Source: Vicugna vicugna (taxonomy: Eukaryota). From it: 64,000 bases of DNA. Under the pieces are notes generated by a model that saw only the letters and a program-made list of their open reading frames with translations, searched no databases and was not told the origin of the DNA. The stretch spans positions 6,858,124 through 6,922,123 of the forward strand of contig MU061579.1 of assembly GCA_013265495.1 (NCBI GenBank), in the 5' to 3' direction. Each line of letters opens with the position of its first letter. Position 1 is the stretch's first letter. Position numbers and translations under genes: made by a program. This document shows, piece after piece, positions 24,309-37,370 of the stretch.

Positions 24309-25380
24309 AAGGAAGGCTATTTTCAAAAAACAAATTAACAAGTTTTGATGAGGATATGAAACAATTGGAATTCTTATACATTTTTGGTGGGAATGTAAAT
24401 GTTGCAGTACTATGAAAAACAGTATGGAGGCCCTTCAAAAATTTAAAAATAGAACTACTATATAATCCAGAAACCCCCCTTCTGGGTATATATCCAAAGG
24501 AAAGGAAATCAATATCTCAAAGTGATATGTGCACTGCCATGTTCATTTCAACACTATTCACAGTAGCCAGGGTATGGAAATATCCTAAGTGTCTACTGAT
24601 GAATGCATATACATATATACATACGTGTGTGTGTGTGTGTGTATACACACACACACATATATATATGAATATTATTCCGTCTTTAAAAGGAAGGAAATCC
24701 TGTCATATGCAACAACATGGATAAGCCTGGGGGACATTATGCTAAATGAAATGATTCAGTCACTGGAGGACAAGTACTGCATAATTCCACTTACATGAAG
24801 TATCTGAAATAGTCAAACTAATAGAAGTAGACACTAGAATGGTGGTTGCCAGGGACTGGAGGATGGGGAGTGGAGGGGGTGAATGAGGAGTTGTTGTTTA
24901 GTAAGTATAAAGCTTCAGTTATGCAAGATGAGTATGTTCTAGAGATCTACTGGACAGCATAGTACCTATAGTTAACAATACTATGTTGTACACTTTTTAA
25001 AAATTAAGAGAATAGATCCCATGTTAAGTGTTCTTACTACAAAAGAAAGTGGGGCATACAAGAAATTTTTAGAGGTGATGGATATGATTATCACTTTTGA
25101 TTGTGGTGGTCGTTTCATGAGTATGCATTCGTCCAAACTCATCAAATTAGAGACATTAGATGTGTGCAGTCTTTTGTATAAAAATTATATCTCAATAAGC
25201 CTGTTTTTAAAAACCTTGGGAATGTTTTTAAGACCTCTGGATTTTATTCTATAGGCAAGGAGAAGCTAAATAAAGTTTTTAAGAAGGGTCGTGACATTTG
25301 CATCTTTCACCATTTAGGACAAGTTAAGTCTGCTGCATTAAATACAGAGGGAGATAATATTAACTGGGACTAACTGGGAC

Positions 25381-25606
25381 CATGGTTTTCAACTGGGGTA
25401 TTATTACTTCCTAGTAGACATTTAGTAATGCCTGGAGACATTTCTAATTGTTACAACTCTGAGGGGAAGGAGAAAGGGTTGTTATTGACATCTAGTTGGT
25501 AGAGGACAGGGATGCTGGTCACCATCCTACAATGCACAGGACAGTCTGCCAGAACCAAGAATTATCTGGCTCAACACATCAATGCTGTGAAGGTTGAGAA
25601 ACTGTG
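25381..25606. mobile_element. MER20 hAT-Charlie MITE
   Basis: GACATTTAGTAATGCCTGGAGACATTT...GACATCTAGTTGGTAGAGGACAGGGATGCTG...CATCCTACAATGCACAGGACAG...GGTTGAGAAAC. Confidence 0.9.
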
Positions 25607-26560
25607 GAGTAGATTGAGGGTAATGGAAATTAAGAAAAGTCAAGCATTAGAAAGATATTTAAGAAGTAAAATTAATTGGATTTAGTGATTAGACAGAGTG
25701 GTTAAGCAAAAGAGGCAAAAAAGTTTGACTCTTGGGTTTCTGAGTTGAACAATTAATTGGTGGTTGGTGATACCATGAACTGACTTAGGGAGCAATTTTG
25801 GAAGAATGGGTTTTAGATGAAGTAGAGTAGGAACGATGAAGAATGTCATGTTGAACATTTTGCCTTTGCTGCAAGACAATCAAGGGAATATTCTGACATA
25901 CATATGTATAAATAGCCCTGACACTTAGGAGAAAGCGCAAGATCTAGTTAAATATTTAAGAGTTGTTATGAGAAATAAATTAGATAATCACATGGAAAAC
26001 TCAGTATAGTACCTGGCTCATTTGTAATCATCCACTTAATATTATTATTGATAGTATTGGTGTGATTAAATGGAAGCCAAGAGAATGAATAAGATTGCCT
26101 CAAGAGATGAAGTGAAGTGAATAAGAAGAAGATGGAGCCCTAAGCAGTGCCAAAAAAAAAGAAGGAGCAGGCAGAGGAAGAGCTAGGAACTGTGTGGTTA
26201 GAGACATGGGAGGAAAACCAGGAGCATGTGTGTCCCATGAAACAAAGGGAGAAGATGGTTTCTAGAGCAGCTAGTGGTCAACCATACCAAATGTTGGTCT
26301 GAGTTCAAGTAGATTGAGAAGTAACCTTTTTTCAAATAAATTGGAAGATTAGATCATTGGTGTTCTTGGGAAATGCTGGTTTGGTAAAGTACTGGGAAGA
26401 GATTTGGAGTGGGTTAGGCAGTGAAGAGAGGAGAAGAAATTGTAACTTTTCTACAACTCTTTTGAAAAGCTTGGCTGCAGAGAGAAAGAGAATAGAACTA
26501 TAGTTAGAGCAATATATGAAGTTATTATTATTATCATTATTGTTTAAGACAGAAGAGATT

Positions 26561-26618
26561 TGGCGTATTTAAATGGCATATTTAAATGGCATGTTTAAAT
26601 GTCATGGTTAAATGTCAA
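26561..26618. repeat. 13-bp minisatellite, ~4.5 units
   Basis: TGGCGTATTTAAA / TGGCATATTTAAA / TGGCATGTTTAAA / TGTCATGGTTAAA / TGTCAA. Confidence 0.9.
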
Positions 26619-27209
26619 TGGAGGGAGGCTGAAAGTACAAAATAGAAACAAAATAACTGTTGAGATAAGATCTCCATGAAGGAAGAAGGAGAACATGACA
26701 AATAAATAAGATGACTGATATAGCTCACATAAGAAACAGCTCACTGATTTATTTAGCCATGTCCTTTTCCTTTCTTGTAAGTGGAGACAGTTGATGTGGA
26801 CTAGAGCGTGAAGCCCTTAGGGAATTAGAAGTAAGAACGTTGCCAAAGGGAGTCCTTGTTTGTTTACTTTCCTCAGTTTAATGGTATTTGGATATTAAGG
26901 GATGTGAGAAGTCTCTTTGGGGGACTCTCTTTGCAGCCAATTTTCCTTTTAATTCACTTACTTTATAAGCTGAGGAGGTAATAGTGTATTCTAAGTCAAT
27001 ATCTTGTCTGTGGCCATCAGAAAGAAAAACGACTCCTGCTCATAATTGCTAAAATGTTCTAAAATTTATTTGGAGATTAAGAGGAGCATGATTTTGAAAT
27101 TTTTCTTAATGTAGTGAAGGGCTTTTTGAGGTATATGAGAGGGTATAATTGGAAGGAATGGAAAAATCATAAATAAACATCTTCACATTCCATTGTAGCC
27201 AGCAGATTA

Positions 27210-27400
27210 GCAATGGGGAAGAGAAATGGATCTCAGTTATGCCACTGACCTGCTGCGTGACCTTGAGCAAGCCTCTTAACATCTCTGTCTCAATTTCCTC
27301 TTCTGCACAAGGAGAATTATAATAATACCACTTTCATATGGGTTACCCTGAGGATTAAAGGAGATAATGTATGGTAGAACCCTCAAGAATTATTACTATT
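27210..27400 (+). mobile_element. MIR SINE
   Basis: GCCACTGACCTGCTGCGTGACCTTGAGCAAGCCTCTTAAC...TGAGGATTAAAGGAGATAATG. Confidence 0.85.
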
Positions 27401-28579
27401 ATTTGAATGGATGATTTGTCTTTGCCAGTTCAGTAATAGGAATATGCTGTTTATTTTTATATTCACAAATGCGCCTAACTTTAATTCATTCTCTTAAATA
27501 TCTAACATTAATTCAAAATTATGACAATGGACTTTAATATCTGGAACAACTGAGCAATAAAGCATTCTCCCTTTTGCTCCATAAGCAGTTGTCTATCTCA
27601 AAGCTTCTACCCAGACTCTAAAGATGAGAGGGAAATCGTGCGGGAAGACACAGAAATAGCCTTTGCCTGTCTATTTGGAGGCCTTCTGTTGTCTGCCCAG
27701 GTGCTCTGACCTCTCATTTATTATCTTTTCTCCAAGAAGAAAGCACAGAGAGGAAGAAGTAAGAATTCTCAATAGAAATATTTGACAAGAAGAAAACGTT
27801 ACCTTGGTTGTCGTTGCCATATACTGAATAGCTACTATATTTTGGTCACCCACCTTGGCATTTTACACTTTTGAAAAAGAAAGATGAAGAAGAAAATACT
27901 TAGGAGCAATAATGACATAAATGAGGTGATCTGTGTTTGGAAGGGCATGGACAGGGCAAATACTATAATTTTTCATTGCTTCAGAACCAACAACTAATGA
28001 GTCAGATTAACCTCTTTTCCTTGAACATACCTTGGATGAAGGTTAATCACATTCATTCCTGTGAGTCAACATCTGCCATGTCCTGGAAAAATCTTGTCAA
28101 CCATTCCAATAATTAGAGCCCCATATGATGATTTTCAAAATTTCCTGAACCATCAGAATCCTGCCAACTTCATATGTCTCTTGGGTTAACTCATTTCTAC
28201 CCAATAAATACCTGGCTGCTGAGAATCTAGAAACTATTGCTTTTGCAAATCAGAGATTTTAAATTGAGGAACATGGAAAACTGCAGAAGGAAAGGGGAAA
28301 GCCAGAGTTTGACTGCAAAGAAGACCAGAGAATATGGATATCAAAACTGTGAATGGATGCTTTTGCCAACTAGACAGTCACATCAAGTCTAATATAAAAT
28401 GAGACCCCCAGTTCTTTCTTCCCATTTTTCTCTTAATCTAGCCTTTTACCTTAAAAATATCACGACTCACACATGGTCAGCTCATCTCTAGACCAAAAAC
28501 ATAAAAACCAGTGGGTGTTTTATGTGAGTTCACATTTCAACCCATCGCAATACTTAATTACTATAATGATGAACCAGAT

Positions 28580-28738
28580 CAGTGCTTCTCAAACTGTAAT
28601 GTGCATATAAATTCCCTGAGGATTTTATTAAAATGCAGATTCTGATTCAGTAGATTTGAAATGGGGCCCAAGATTCTGTATTTTTAACAACTAATTCTAT
28701 TGCCTTAGAGATCAAGGTCCACACATTGCATTAATAGG
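28580..28738. mobile_element. MER5A-type hAT MITE
   Basis: CAGTGCTTCTCAAACTGTAATGTGCATA...TTAAAATGCAGATTCTGATTCAGTAG...GGGGCCCAAGATTCTGTATTTTTAACAA. Confidence 0.88.
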
Positions 28739-29811
28739 TTCAAAGTAAAATTACTTCTAATGATCCATCTCATTATTGCTTAATCTATGTCAAAATTTTG
28801 TGACTCGGAGTCCAGTATACAATTTCAGTCCATGAGAATCAGCATAAAAGTAAATTTTTCACAGTGATCAGCTAATGCCCAATCAACCATGAAGATTATT
28901 CAGAGCTGTCCAATTAGCTGTCTTAATTATTAAAATTTTGTTGAGATGCATCATTATGATATCTATAAAATTTTATATTTGACTTTCCTTTTAATTTTTC
29001 TCAGATGCAAACTTTAACTTTTTAAATAAAATTTGAAGTGTTCATTTAGGGTCTGTTCATATCACTAGAAAATTAATGTTTTTTGATTATGGAGTGACAT
29101 AAATGACATGAAAGAAAATCTGGAAGTAATCAATAATATGACCTTCTAACCAAGATAGAGTATATAGGTAAGCCAGAGCAAAGGCCCTTAAGTATCTGAC
29201 ACATTACTTTTAGACAGAATCGCTGGCACCAATGGCATTAATAGTAAATAAAGAGCAAAGTTCTACTTCAAAATACCTAGCATGTAGCAGAGAGGTTAGC
29301 ATATAGTAAATTCTCTATACCAGTGTCTTGAATTTAGCTGAATTGTAAGGCTCTGCTCTATTTACAAAAAATCTTTGCCAAAAAAAGACCAGGAAGAGAA
29401 AAAATACTGCTATAGTAGAAAGAGCTTTTTAAATAAGACGGATGTATTCCCAAAAGCCTCTTTTCCAATAGATTATTAAGGCCACCTTCACTCTCCATTG
29501 TCTTTTTGTCATTTTGCTACACCCAATAAGTGCTAACCTTAGGTAACCCAATAGTCTGTGTTCTCAGTGCCTGCATTCAAGTAGCTCAGATCCTCTGGGG
29601 CAAATCACATCACCAGGTTGACTGATAGCACTTTCAATTTGTAATTCCAAGTCTCTACTGAGTTCTTGACATCCCTTATGACCTTATCGTATTATTCCAG
29701 TCACTGTATTCCAATCAGTTTCTGGATAGACTCTTTCTGCCCTTTATACTCCTTAGATGGCAGACCCCTCCTTTGTCTCCTCCACAATCAGTGGATGATC
29801 TTAGTGAAATG

Positions 29812-30065
29812 TGGCTTGTAGTCAAGATTGCAGGCTCTAAAAGTAAGCTTTTTGTATTCAGGATTCTGCAATTTATCTAAATGCAACCTTAGGCAGACAT
29901 TTGTGTTTTTACACTTTTGTGCCTCAGTTACTTACTGAATAAAATATAGACAATAATATTTCCTGCTTCATAAGGTTATTGTAAATAGTAAATGAGTCAG
30001 TATATGTAAATCTTTAAAAAATAACACCTGCTTTCAATAAACCATCAATAAAAGTTTACTATTAT
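29812..30065 (+). mobile_element. MIR SINE
   Basis: TGTGCCTCAGTT...CTTCATAAGGTTATTGTAAATAGTAAATGAGTCAGTATATGTAAA. Confidence 0.7.
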
Positions 30066-30516
30066 TCTAATTACATTTTCACAGGAAAAATAAAAGCCAG
30101 TGGATCAATGGATAGAAATTTCCTTAGCTACCCAATCCCATAACAACAAATCCATCTGCATCCTCGTGACTTCATCTCAATCTAATTTCTTCCAAAAGGT
30201 CTTACTTCCTAATACCATCAAATTGGGGGTTAGGGTTTTAATATATGAATTTGGGGCAAACAAGCACAAACATTCAGTCTGTGACAACAACCTACGACTA
30301 ACTGGCTCCCACCCAAATCCTCTAGGAAAGGTTACAGATAATTTCTGTGTTACTAAATCTGGTGATCACTTTACTGAGCTCTTCTCAGGGTTCAACATTG
30401 ACTCCCTTTTCCTTTGACTTCTATAACATCACACTTTCACAACTTTCTTCTTATCTTCTTACCTCCTTCACTATCTACTCAATAGCTCATGCCAGAAATG
30501 TCACAGTATCCAGTCA

Positions 30517-30560
30517 CCAAGTCTGGTGATTCTCCATCCAAGTCTGGTGATTCTCCATCC
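30517..30560. repeat. Perfect 21-bp tandem duplication
   Basis: CCAAGTCTGGTGATTCTCCAT x2 (+CC). Confidence 0.95.
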
Positions 30561-31299
30561 TAAATATTTAAACACATCCCTTTTCATGACTACTGATGCC
30601 ATCATAGACAGAATGATATTCTACCTAACCATCTGAAATCCCTTTTTCATTCTCCACACAGCATCCAGTGATCATCTTAAAACCTTATCATATAGCTCTC
30701 CTTAAAATCATTCAGTTGCTGTTATTTTTAGGTTAACAATTACATTTCTACATTTATTTTAACTTTATTATAAAAAATCCAATATACTTCAAAGTAGGGA
30801 GAATATTATAATTATTTCCCATGTATTCATCATCTAGTCCTAATATTGTTATAATTGTATCATTTTCCTTCATCTACTTTCTCTTTGCTCAATTACTTTA
30901 TTATTGTGGTAAAATATACACAACATTTTAACCATTTTTAAGTATACCATTCTATTGTATTACATACACATTGTTGTCCAACCATCACCACCATCCATCA
31001 CCTAAAGATTACATTTTTATGACATGACAATTATGACAAGCATGAACTGTTCTCCACCCTGGGTCACAATGGTGCAGTCAGTCTGGCATTTATACACTTC
31101 CTTGTATGTGCCAAACTGGCTCAAAGCCTTCCCATAGGCTTTTCCCTCTGCTTAAAATTATCTTTCCCACTGGTTTACTAGTGAAATCCTACTCAGTGTT
31201 GAAGATTCAGCTTAAACATTAGTCCTTTCCCTAGTAATGCACACTAGATGAGGTCTCTAGGTACATGTTCTTGCTATGCTTCCAACTTCTATATACAGA

Positions 31300-31510
31300 G
31301 GCAATATAGCATGGGCCAAACTCTAGAGCCAGACTGCCAGGGCTTGAATCTTGGCTCTGTGTGACCCTGGGAAAGTCACTGTATATCTCTGTGTCTCAAT
31401 TTCTATCTGTCAAATGGGGATAAAAGGACCTACCTCTAGGTTATTTTAAGAATTATTTAAGTATTTAGACTATGTCAGGGAACCTAGTGTTACATAAGTA
31501 TGAGCAGTTA
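31300..31510 (+). mobile_element. MIR SINE (within an L2 fragment)
   Basis: CTCTAGAGCCAGACTGCCAGGGCTTGAATCTTGGCTCTG...TGACCCTGGGAAAGTCAC...TGTCAAATGGGGATAA. Confidence 0.85.
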
Positions 31511-32944
31511 CCACCCTTCTTCAAAGTACTTAATGGATTTTGTGCAAGTTTGGTTAAATGTCTGTCTGCCGCCATGGAGTCTCTCTTGGTTACCACCACA
31601 TCTGCAGAGCCTAGAATGGTGCCTGTCACATCAGTGCTCAATCAAATTTGGTTAAAAAATTGAATGAAGCCTTCAGGTCTCTTCTTAAATATTACCAGCT
31701 CAGACCATTATTGTAAAGATCAAATTAAAGAATTAATGAAAATTTTCTTCTAAGCTTTAAATCTCAATGCACATCAAGATACTGTTATTGGGAAGATCAA
31801 GCATAAACAAACAAAAGTAAACTGCCCTTTAGATGATAAGGAAACACGTATTAAATTGCCACAATGCATAGAATGTATTCGTGTATCCCAAAAGGAGTTC
31901 CTTGAAATGCTAGTTTAAGAGAAAATAAGAAATTTTTACTTAGATTAATAAATTTGGAAAATGCTCCAAATAATTGTCCCCCTCTTCCTTTGTCATTTCA
32001 CAATATATATTACCCTATAAAGCATTAAAAATAAGATAATTAGAATTTTTTAACTCTGAATTTTATCAAATTATTTTTTCTGACCATAAAACATTTTTTG
32101 CAAATTACCTATTAATTAGCCATAGATTCTAAGCTTCATTGAATCTAGCTGGGTAAATCCCAGGATAGAAATGATATGATTTTATCAAGAACAAGATCAT
32201 TGTAGATTCAAGGTGTCTGAGAATGCTTCAGGTACAAGTTGGAATGTGAGCCAGGCAGTAGAAAGAATAGTATTTGGAAAGGCAAAGAGAAAGTGCATTC
32301 CACAGAGAGATAACAAAATGTTAACCACAGAAATGGGACTCTTTTGGTAAATATATTGCTGAACTAATCTTGATATCAAATCTCATAGTCTTGCCAATTT
32401 TTTAGGATGTTCAATAACAATCGTAAATTTTTTTTTTATTTCATAGAGAAGCTGAGAATTGAACTAGCACTTAAGGAGGGTTGCATTGGGGTAAGTGGTG
32501 TGGAGAAGAGAAAAAATATAAAGTTTTCTGAGAAGCAGGGGAAAGAGTGGACAGGCAGATTTGCATTTATTGAGAGTCCTCCACTCAACACTTTCCTGTA
32601 TATGTTATCAGTAAATCCCCCAACAGCAATCCTCTAAAACAGTTATTACTATCTCCCTTTTACAAATGAGTAATCTGAGGCTCAAAGAGCTTATGTGATA
32701 TGGCCAATAACACACAGCAGAGTCTTGATCGTAGTCCAAAATATATACTCCTTCTACTACATTACACTATCTCCTAAATTCAATTAAAATTAAACATACA
32801 CACACTTTTCTATCCTTCTTGCCATCACCACTGCCATCTGATTACACCCTCCATACTATCTTTCATACCCATATACCTGCCCCTCCCTTGCTGCATCTCC
32901 ACAAAGACACACAGAAAATGTGCTCTTCATTTTTATGACTATAG

Positions 32945-33262
32945 TTTCACTGTCCTGTAGGGCAGCCACAAGCCATACATGGCTATGGAGCTCCTGAAAT
33001 GCGGCTAGTCCAAATCGAGATGTGCTGTGGCATAAAATACACACCAGATTTCAAAAACTTAGACTAAAAAAAGAAAGTAAATTAATAATTTTTATACTTG
33101 TTTCATTTTTCAAGAATATTTTGAATATTTTTGAGTAAACTGAAATATACCATTATTAGAGTTAATTTCACCTGTTTCTCCTTTTTCAAGCAACTAGTAG
33201 ACAATTTTTAATTACATAGGTTTATTAATGCTACATATTATATTTCTATTGTACAGTTTTGG
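32945..33262. mobile_element. MER33/MER3-type hAT-Charlie MITE
   Basis: GCAGCCACAAGCCATACATGGCTATGGAGC...GAAATGCGGCTAGTCCAAATCGAGATGTGCTGT...AAAATACACACCAGATTTC...ATATTTCTATTGTACAG. Confidence 0.85.
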
Positions 33263-35039
33263 AACATAGTATAAACTTTTTTGTGTCCTTTTACAATCTG
33301 TACTTGAAATTCCCAAGATTTCTGTCACAGGATTAATTCGTTAACAGGACCTCTTAAATGTCTGATACATTAAGTATTATCTTTTTTGAATGAATTTATC
33401 AGAAATTAGCCCAATTTAACCAATCTAGAAAGGCCCTGAATGAATGGGGCTGAGATGGGCAAAAGACTTTGACTCAGGTAGGATCAAGTTTAGGTACAGA
33501 AAGTGGGAGAGATGAATGGGTACTGGGTTTGGGGCTGCAGGAAGGTTCCTTGGTTGGAAGGTTGGCAGAGAGTGAGGGGCTCAAGGAAGTTGGAGAAAAA
33601 AAAACTGCAAAATAAAAGAATTGCCAACATGGAAGTACAACCAGGATGGGTCCTAAATATCCAGTTTCATGGCTTTTCCTTTAAGGATCAGGTTTTGTTC
33701 CATAAAAGTTATGATCTTAATGCCAAAGGTAGACTCTGATTCCATCACTCTGAGTAAGGCTTCAGCTCTGCAGTCAGACCAGGGCTTTCTGGTAGCCCTT
33801 GGACTCGTCAGGCACCTTGGACTTGGATGGGTGTTTGCTTGAGGGAGAGCTGCAGCGGTAGCACCCTCGGTGAACAGCCCAGTGATGCTGTGGGTTCAGT
33901 GTTTCTGGGCTCAGAAGAGGAATAAAGAACGACAAGCAATATACTCTCCCCTCAGTTTTTCTGAAGAATATTGTCACTATTCCTGGTAATAGGAACCTCT
34001 TTATCTGTCAGTTTTCATTTAGTTGTTTCATTATACCTAAAAATTTATCCCTAATGTGGAAACAGTTTCTTCGGACATACTACAATCAGGTGCTTATCCG
34101 AGTACTCCTCTGGCTGAACTTGAGAAATTGATTGTGTGCTTTAATTACAGTTTAAAACGTAGCAAGTGGAGAAGAAAATGGCACTACTTTAGATCCTTTT
34201 GTTCTATGTAATTTAGCATTTAGTCACCATTGTATGTAAATTCCCAAAGGGAAATTGAAAGGATAAAATGTGATTTTTAAAGTAGAGACTATAATCTTAT
34301 CTTTAAAAATGTTGTTTTTACATAAAAAACAATGTATTTTGCATGTTGTAAAAAGGAAATGAATTTAACTGCATTAAGCGATGAGGAAATACTGGGTTAT
34401 GGGTCTCAGCACCAAGATTATTTACTGGATCATCTTGGTCCAATTACTTCATGAAGTTTGTTTCTCTTTTATAACATGAAGATAATTAAATTTCTCTCCT
34501 GGGTTTAGGGTGAGGGAAAAAAATGGATAGATTATAAGTTACAACACACACCACCACCTGGAACAGAATAAATGATAACCTTCTCAATGTTCTCCCTCCA
34601 TATTTAAAGTAAAGGGCATTGCCTCATTCATTCATGAATCAGAACCTGTTAGAATAATTCAAAGTCTTCTTGGTAAATTCCTAAATCCATTGCTCCAGCC
34701 ACAGAGCATTCTATGGAATGCCCTGTCTGAAAGGCCACTCCCTCTCTGGCACACTCATAGGCACTCCTTCTGCCTCTCTTGCTTGCAAAATAAGATGGCA
34801 ATATTTTCTATCCCAGGTGGGCTATCAGCTTTTCCTTCTCAACATTTGCATCTCTGTCTCTCTCTCTCTCTCTCTGTCTAGTAGCCCTTCCTCAAGAAAG
34901 CAGCCTTTATTTTGCACTTGAGTCATTAACTAGAGAGCCTTTTGGAGACTGTGATATGATGGCAGGACCAGAGGTTTTGTCTCAGCCTCCAAGACAGTGG
35001 CATTTTTTTCTCTCCTGGAAAGTCACAGGACCACTGATA

Positions 35040-35165
35040 TCAGTTCATTAATCAGAAAGAGCTTTCAAATAAGCAGAACCTTCCAAAAATGGGTCCAGCA
35101 GCCTCAGGAGGTAATAAATTTCCCATCATTGGAGATGTTCCAGCGGATGCTAGACGACAACTTGT
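35040..35165 (+). mobile_element. L3/CR1 3' fragment
   Basis: GCAGCCTCAGGAGGTAATAAATTTCCCATCATTGGAGATGTTCCAGCGGATGCTAGACGAC resembles the L3 terminal region. Confidence 0.65.
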
Positions 35166-36159
35166 TTATTCACTGAGTAAATATTGAATGAGTTCCCACT
35201 TTGTGTCTGTGATGGGGTAACAGGAGCTAGAAAAAGAATAAGACTAGTTCCCTCAAGTCAAGGTGCTCCTGATCTAGTCAGGGAAACAAACACAAAAGCT
35301 GATAACGTTGTACCATTCATACCTTGTGAAGACTTCTCGTAGAAAAGAACGTCCAAGAGAGATCCAAAGGCAAAATGAAGATTAAAAGGGCAGACAAAAA
35401 TATGTTTAGACAAAGAAACAACATTTAAAAAGTCTAAAGTGAAGAAAAAAATAAGGCTCCAACAAAAAAAACTCAGAACATGAAGACAACAAAAGAGGTG
35501 GGTATGGCTGAAGAGGAACTTGGAAAGATAAAAAGGGATTCAGACAAGGAAATTTGAAGAACCATATGAACATGTGAGTTTACATGTGAAGCCAGGATCC
35601 CCTGGTGGTTTTCAGCAGACTCTGTGCTTGGGAGTCTAGCCCCAGCCCTGAACTCTGAGGGGTTGAATGGAAACCTGCTTGGCTCCTGTCTTTGCATCTC
35701 CAGTCCAGGTGAGGGCTCTCTCTGGCAGAGGGCTGTTGACATCTCTGACCTGAGTGTATGAAAGGAAAGAGATGGTTGTTCTCAAATTGCTGACTTTTTT
35801 TTTTCCATTATCATTTCTCTTAAAAAGCCAGAGGAAAAGAAATTTTCCAGGCAGCCATCACAAAGCCTATAAGAAAATGAGTGCCCCATCAACCAAAGAT
35901 CTATTTAGTGATTATCAAGGAGGAAAAAAAATCCTTTTCAAAGACTCTGTTTGCACCCCAAAGATAAATTTACACGTTTAGCAAAAGAAAAAAGAATATA
36001 TAAGAAAGATACCTCAGAGGTAAAAATCCTGTATTACTGACCTTTCTAGGAATGGGTTAATTCCTTCCTGCCCCCCAACCCCCAACTGCATAGTCACAAA
36101 GACATAAAAAAGTCTAGTAGAGAGAATGGCTCAATCTTTTTTCCTCTAAATAACTAACT

Positions 36160-36380
36160 TCTCATTAGTATTTACTATGTGCAAGAAACACATTAGATGT
36201 TTTACATGCATTGCTTTATTTAATCCTCACATGACTGAGAACTAAGTAGGTATCATCATTGTTCTCATTTTATCAATAGGTAAACTGAGGCTAAGTGAGG
36301 TTGGAAACTCGCTTACCACCACAAAGCAAGCAGTGATGGAGCCAGGGATTCAGAGTCAGAATCTTGACCACTACACAAGA
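36160..36380 (-). mobile_element. MIR SINE
   Basis: TTATTTAATCCTCAC...CTCATTTTATCAATAGGTAAACTGAGGCT...GGAGCCAGGGATTC. Confidence 0.8.
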
Positions 36381-36842
36381 GTTTCAAGAGGCAGAACTTA
36401 CACTACCTGCACCAGCAGTGTCTGGAGTGCTTGTTTAAGATGCAGATCCTTCAGGCCCAGTCCAGGCCTATGGATCAGAATTTATATGAGTGAGTCCAGA
36501 AAATCACATTTTAACCAAGCAGCCAATGTGATTCTTTTGAGGACAGAAATTTGATCAGCATTCCACTCTACTATTCAAAATGACACTGGTAGATTAAAGT
36601 AACTGTCCCAGGACTCTAGAGGAGAAAAATGACCAAGGTAGGAACATTAGCTTTTTGTTCTCTCTGAGTGTGCTTGTTCAGAGCAACAAAACTGTCGAAT
36701 TGGAAAAGGTGAAATCTAGCTGCTACTTGCCTCAGTGCTACAGCTGTAGTTAAAGCTGGGCTGCTCCCCACATTTGGCGCCTTGTGGTACCCCTGCTCTT
36801 GTGCCTAGAGAGGCCTTTCCTGACCGATGTTATCGACAGCAC

Positions 36843-37370
36843 CATAGTGAAGAGCAAGGAGCTACACCCATGGGGCCTGGGCTCCCAGTTCTGTCCCTCA
36901 CTGCGTAAAAATGGAAGTCATTTACATTCTCTGGGCCTCAGTTTTGTCATTTATGAAATGGGGATAATTAATGCTCAGGGAACAAATTTAGGGCAGAGAG
37001 TAAACTTCATCTGATGTTGTATGTGAAATTCATGTAGCCTGAAGCCTGATGCCTAAGAGGTGCTCAGAAGACGGTGATGGTGGTTTTTACAAATAGCCCA
37101 GCACTCTGGCTATCCCTTCTGTTTTGTACCCAATTTTAGGATAACAGGCGAAGAGCCTTGGCTTTTTAGTTGAACAAATGTGAATTCAAGTCCTGACTCT
37201 GTCAATCACTAACTATGAGATCTTGGGCAAGTTAAGTTACATAAGTGCTCTAACTTTTATCTTCTCATTTATGACACAAGGACAAATTTCTGCTTCTGAG
37301 AATTCTTTTAAGAATTAAAAGAAATAAAGTATGCAAAGTTCCTAGTACATGGTAGACACTCAACATCTGT
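36843..37370 (+). mobile_element. Two tandem MIR SINEs (~36843-37080 and ~37150-37370)
   Basis: CTCTGGGCCTCAGTTTTGTCATTTATGAAATGGGGATAAT and TTCAAGTCCTGACTCTGTCAATCACTAACTATGAGATCTTGGGCAAGTTA cores. Confidence 0.75.

Larger units (their letters stand above)
22383..25210 (+). mobile_element. L1MA10/L1MB-like element with 5' inversion and nested insertions
   Basis: TSD AAAACTTGGGAAT (22370-22382) / AAACCTTGGGAAT (25211-25223). 22383-~22585 is antisense ORF2 (KNKAGGITFPDFNMYYK), then sense ORF2 (WNKDRHTEQWNRIQSPEINP) through to a full 3'UTR. Confidence 0.9.
25224..26650 (-). mobile_element. L2 fragments (continuation of 21898-22369), interrupted by MER20 and MIR
   Basis: GGATTTTATTCTATAGGCAAGG, AGATATTTAAGAAGTAAAATTAATTGGATTTAGTGATTAG and GAGACATGGGAGGAAAACCAGGAG are typical reverse L2 motifs. 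Confidence 0.7.

Noticed and set aside
26561..26618. Short repeat array considered as CRISPR-like
   Set aside because: No spacers, eukaryotic context and no cas genes; it is a simple minisatellite.
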